Source: an uncultured Verrucomicrobiae bacterium
GTDB lineage: Bacteria; Verrucomicrobiota; Verrucomicrobiia; Chthoniobacterales; Chthoniobacteraceae
Direction: 5' to 3'
DNA: 64,000 bases
NCBI GenBank assembly: GCA_963811035.1
Contig: CAWEPO010000004.1
Span: forward strand, 6,331 to 70,330
More notes on this DNA, generated by a model. It saw only the letters and a list, made by a program, of their open reading frames with translations, was not told the origin of the DNA and searched no databases. Position 1 is the stretch's first letter. The DNA is not shown here.

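Noticed and set aside
29526-64000. Calling the giant protein a type V autotransporter
   Set aside because: Despite the autotransporter-associated repeat type, the C-terminus shows no beta-barrel translocator-like region. It ends with a dockerin-like module and a PEP-CTERM signal.

Overview
High-GC 64-kb window in which almost every credible gene is on the minus strand. It falls into three blocks.

(A) 1 to ~6,780 is a very GC-rich block (spot count about 43/60 G+C at 6061-6120). It holds a TPR/LuxR-type regulator fragment, an M48 metalloprotease, one small plus-strand ORF, and a tightly packed operon of ATP-grasp-like fragment, esterase, GCS2+CBS carboxylate-amine ligase and AstE/AspA-type deacylase. 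Every minus-strand gene here can only be read by hopping between frames. I count about 15 apparent single-nt frameshifts and noticed no in-frame stops.

(B) ~6,782 to 29,261 is a lower-GC block (spot counts 34/60 at 7621-7680 and 26/60 at 8401-8460). It is an intact 22-gene glycan-assembly operon:
- gmd and a Wzm/Wzt ABC exporter
- 5 methyltransferases
- about 11 glycosyltransferases (GT4, GT2, GT11 fucosyltransferase)
- two WavE-like proteins
- a Wzy_C / O-antigen-ligase-like membrane protein

Twelve of its 21 gene junctions are 4-nt ATGA/GTGA start-stop overlaps. The most downstream gene (a GT4) is cut in half exactly at the A/B boundary.

(C) 29,526 to 64,000 is one uninterrupted ORF of more than 11,471 codons whose 5' end lies beyond the window. 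It encodes a Thr/Gly/Ala/Asn-rich beta-helical repeat protein (autotransporter-associated beta-strand repeat type) in which I saw no cysteine. It contains an embedded PA14-like domain, an array of about 12 Ig-like units (nine well-conserved 345-nt tandem repeats), a recent 279-nt tandem duplication, a dockerin-like Ca-binding pair and a terminal PEP-CTERM sorting signal.

The most interesting hypothesis is that the giant PEP-CTERM protein and the downstream methylated-glycan operon form one surface glyco-adhesin system. No exosortase is visible in the window.

The A/B junction, together with the one-sided frameshift load, looks like a chimeric or mixed-quality assembly and should be checked before any biology is built across it.

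I recognised no rRNA, tRNA, CRISPR array, transposase or integrase. All family calls come from reading motifs by eye; no searches were run.
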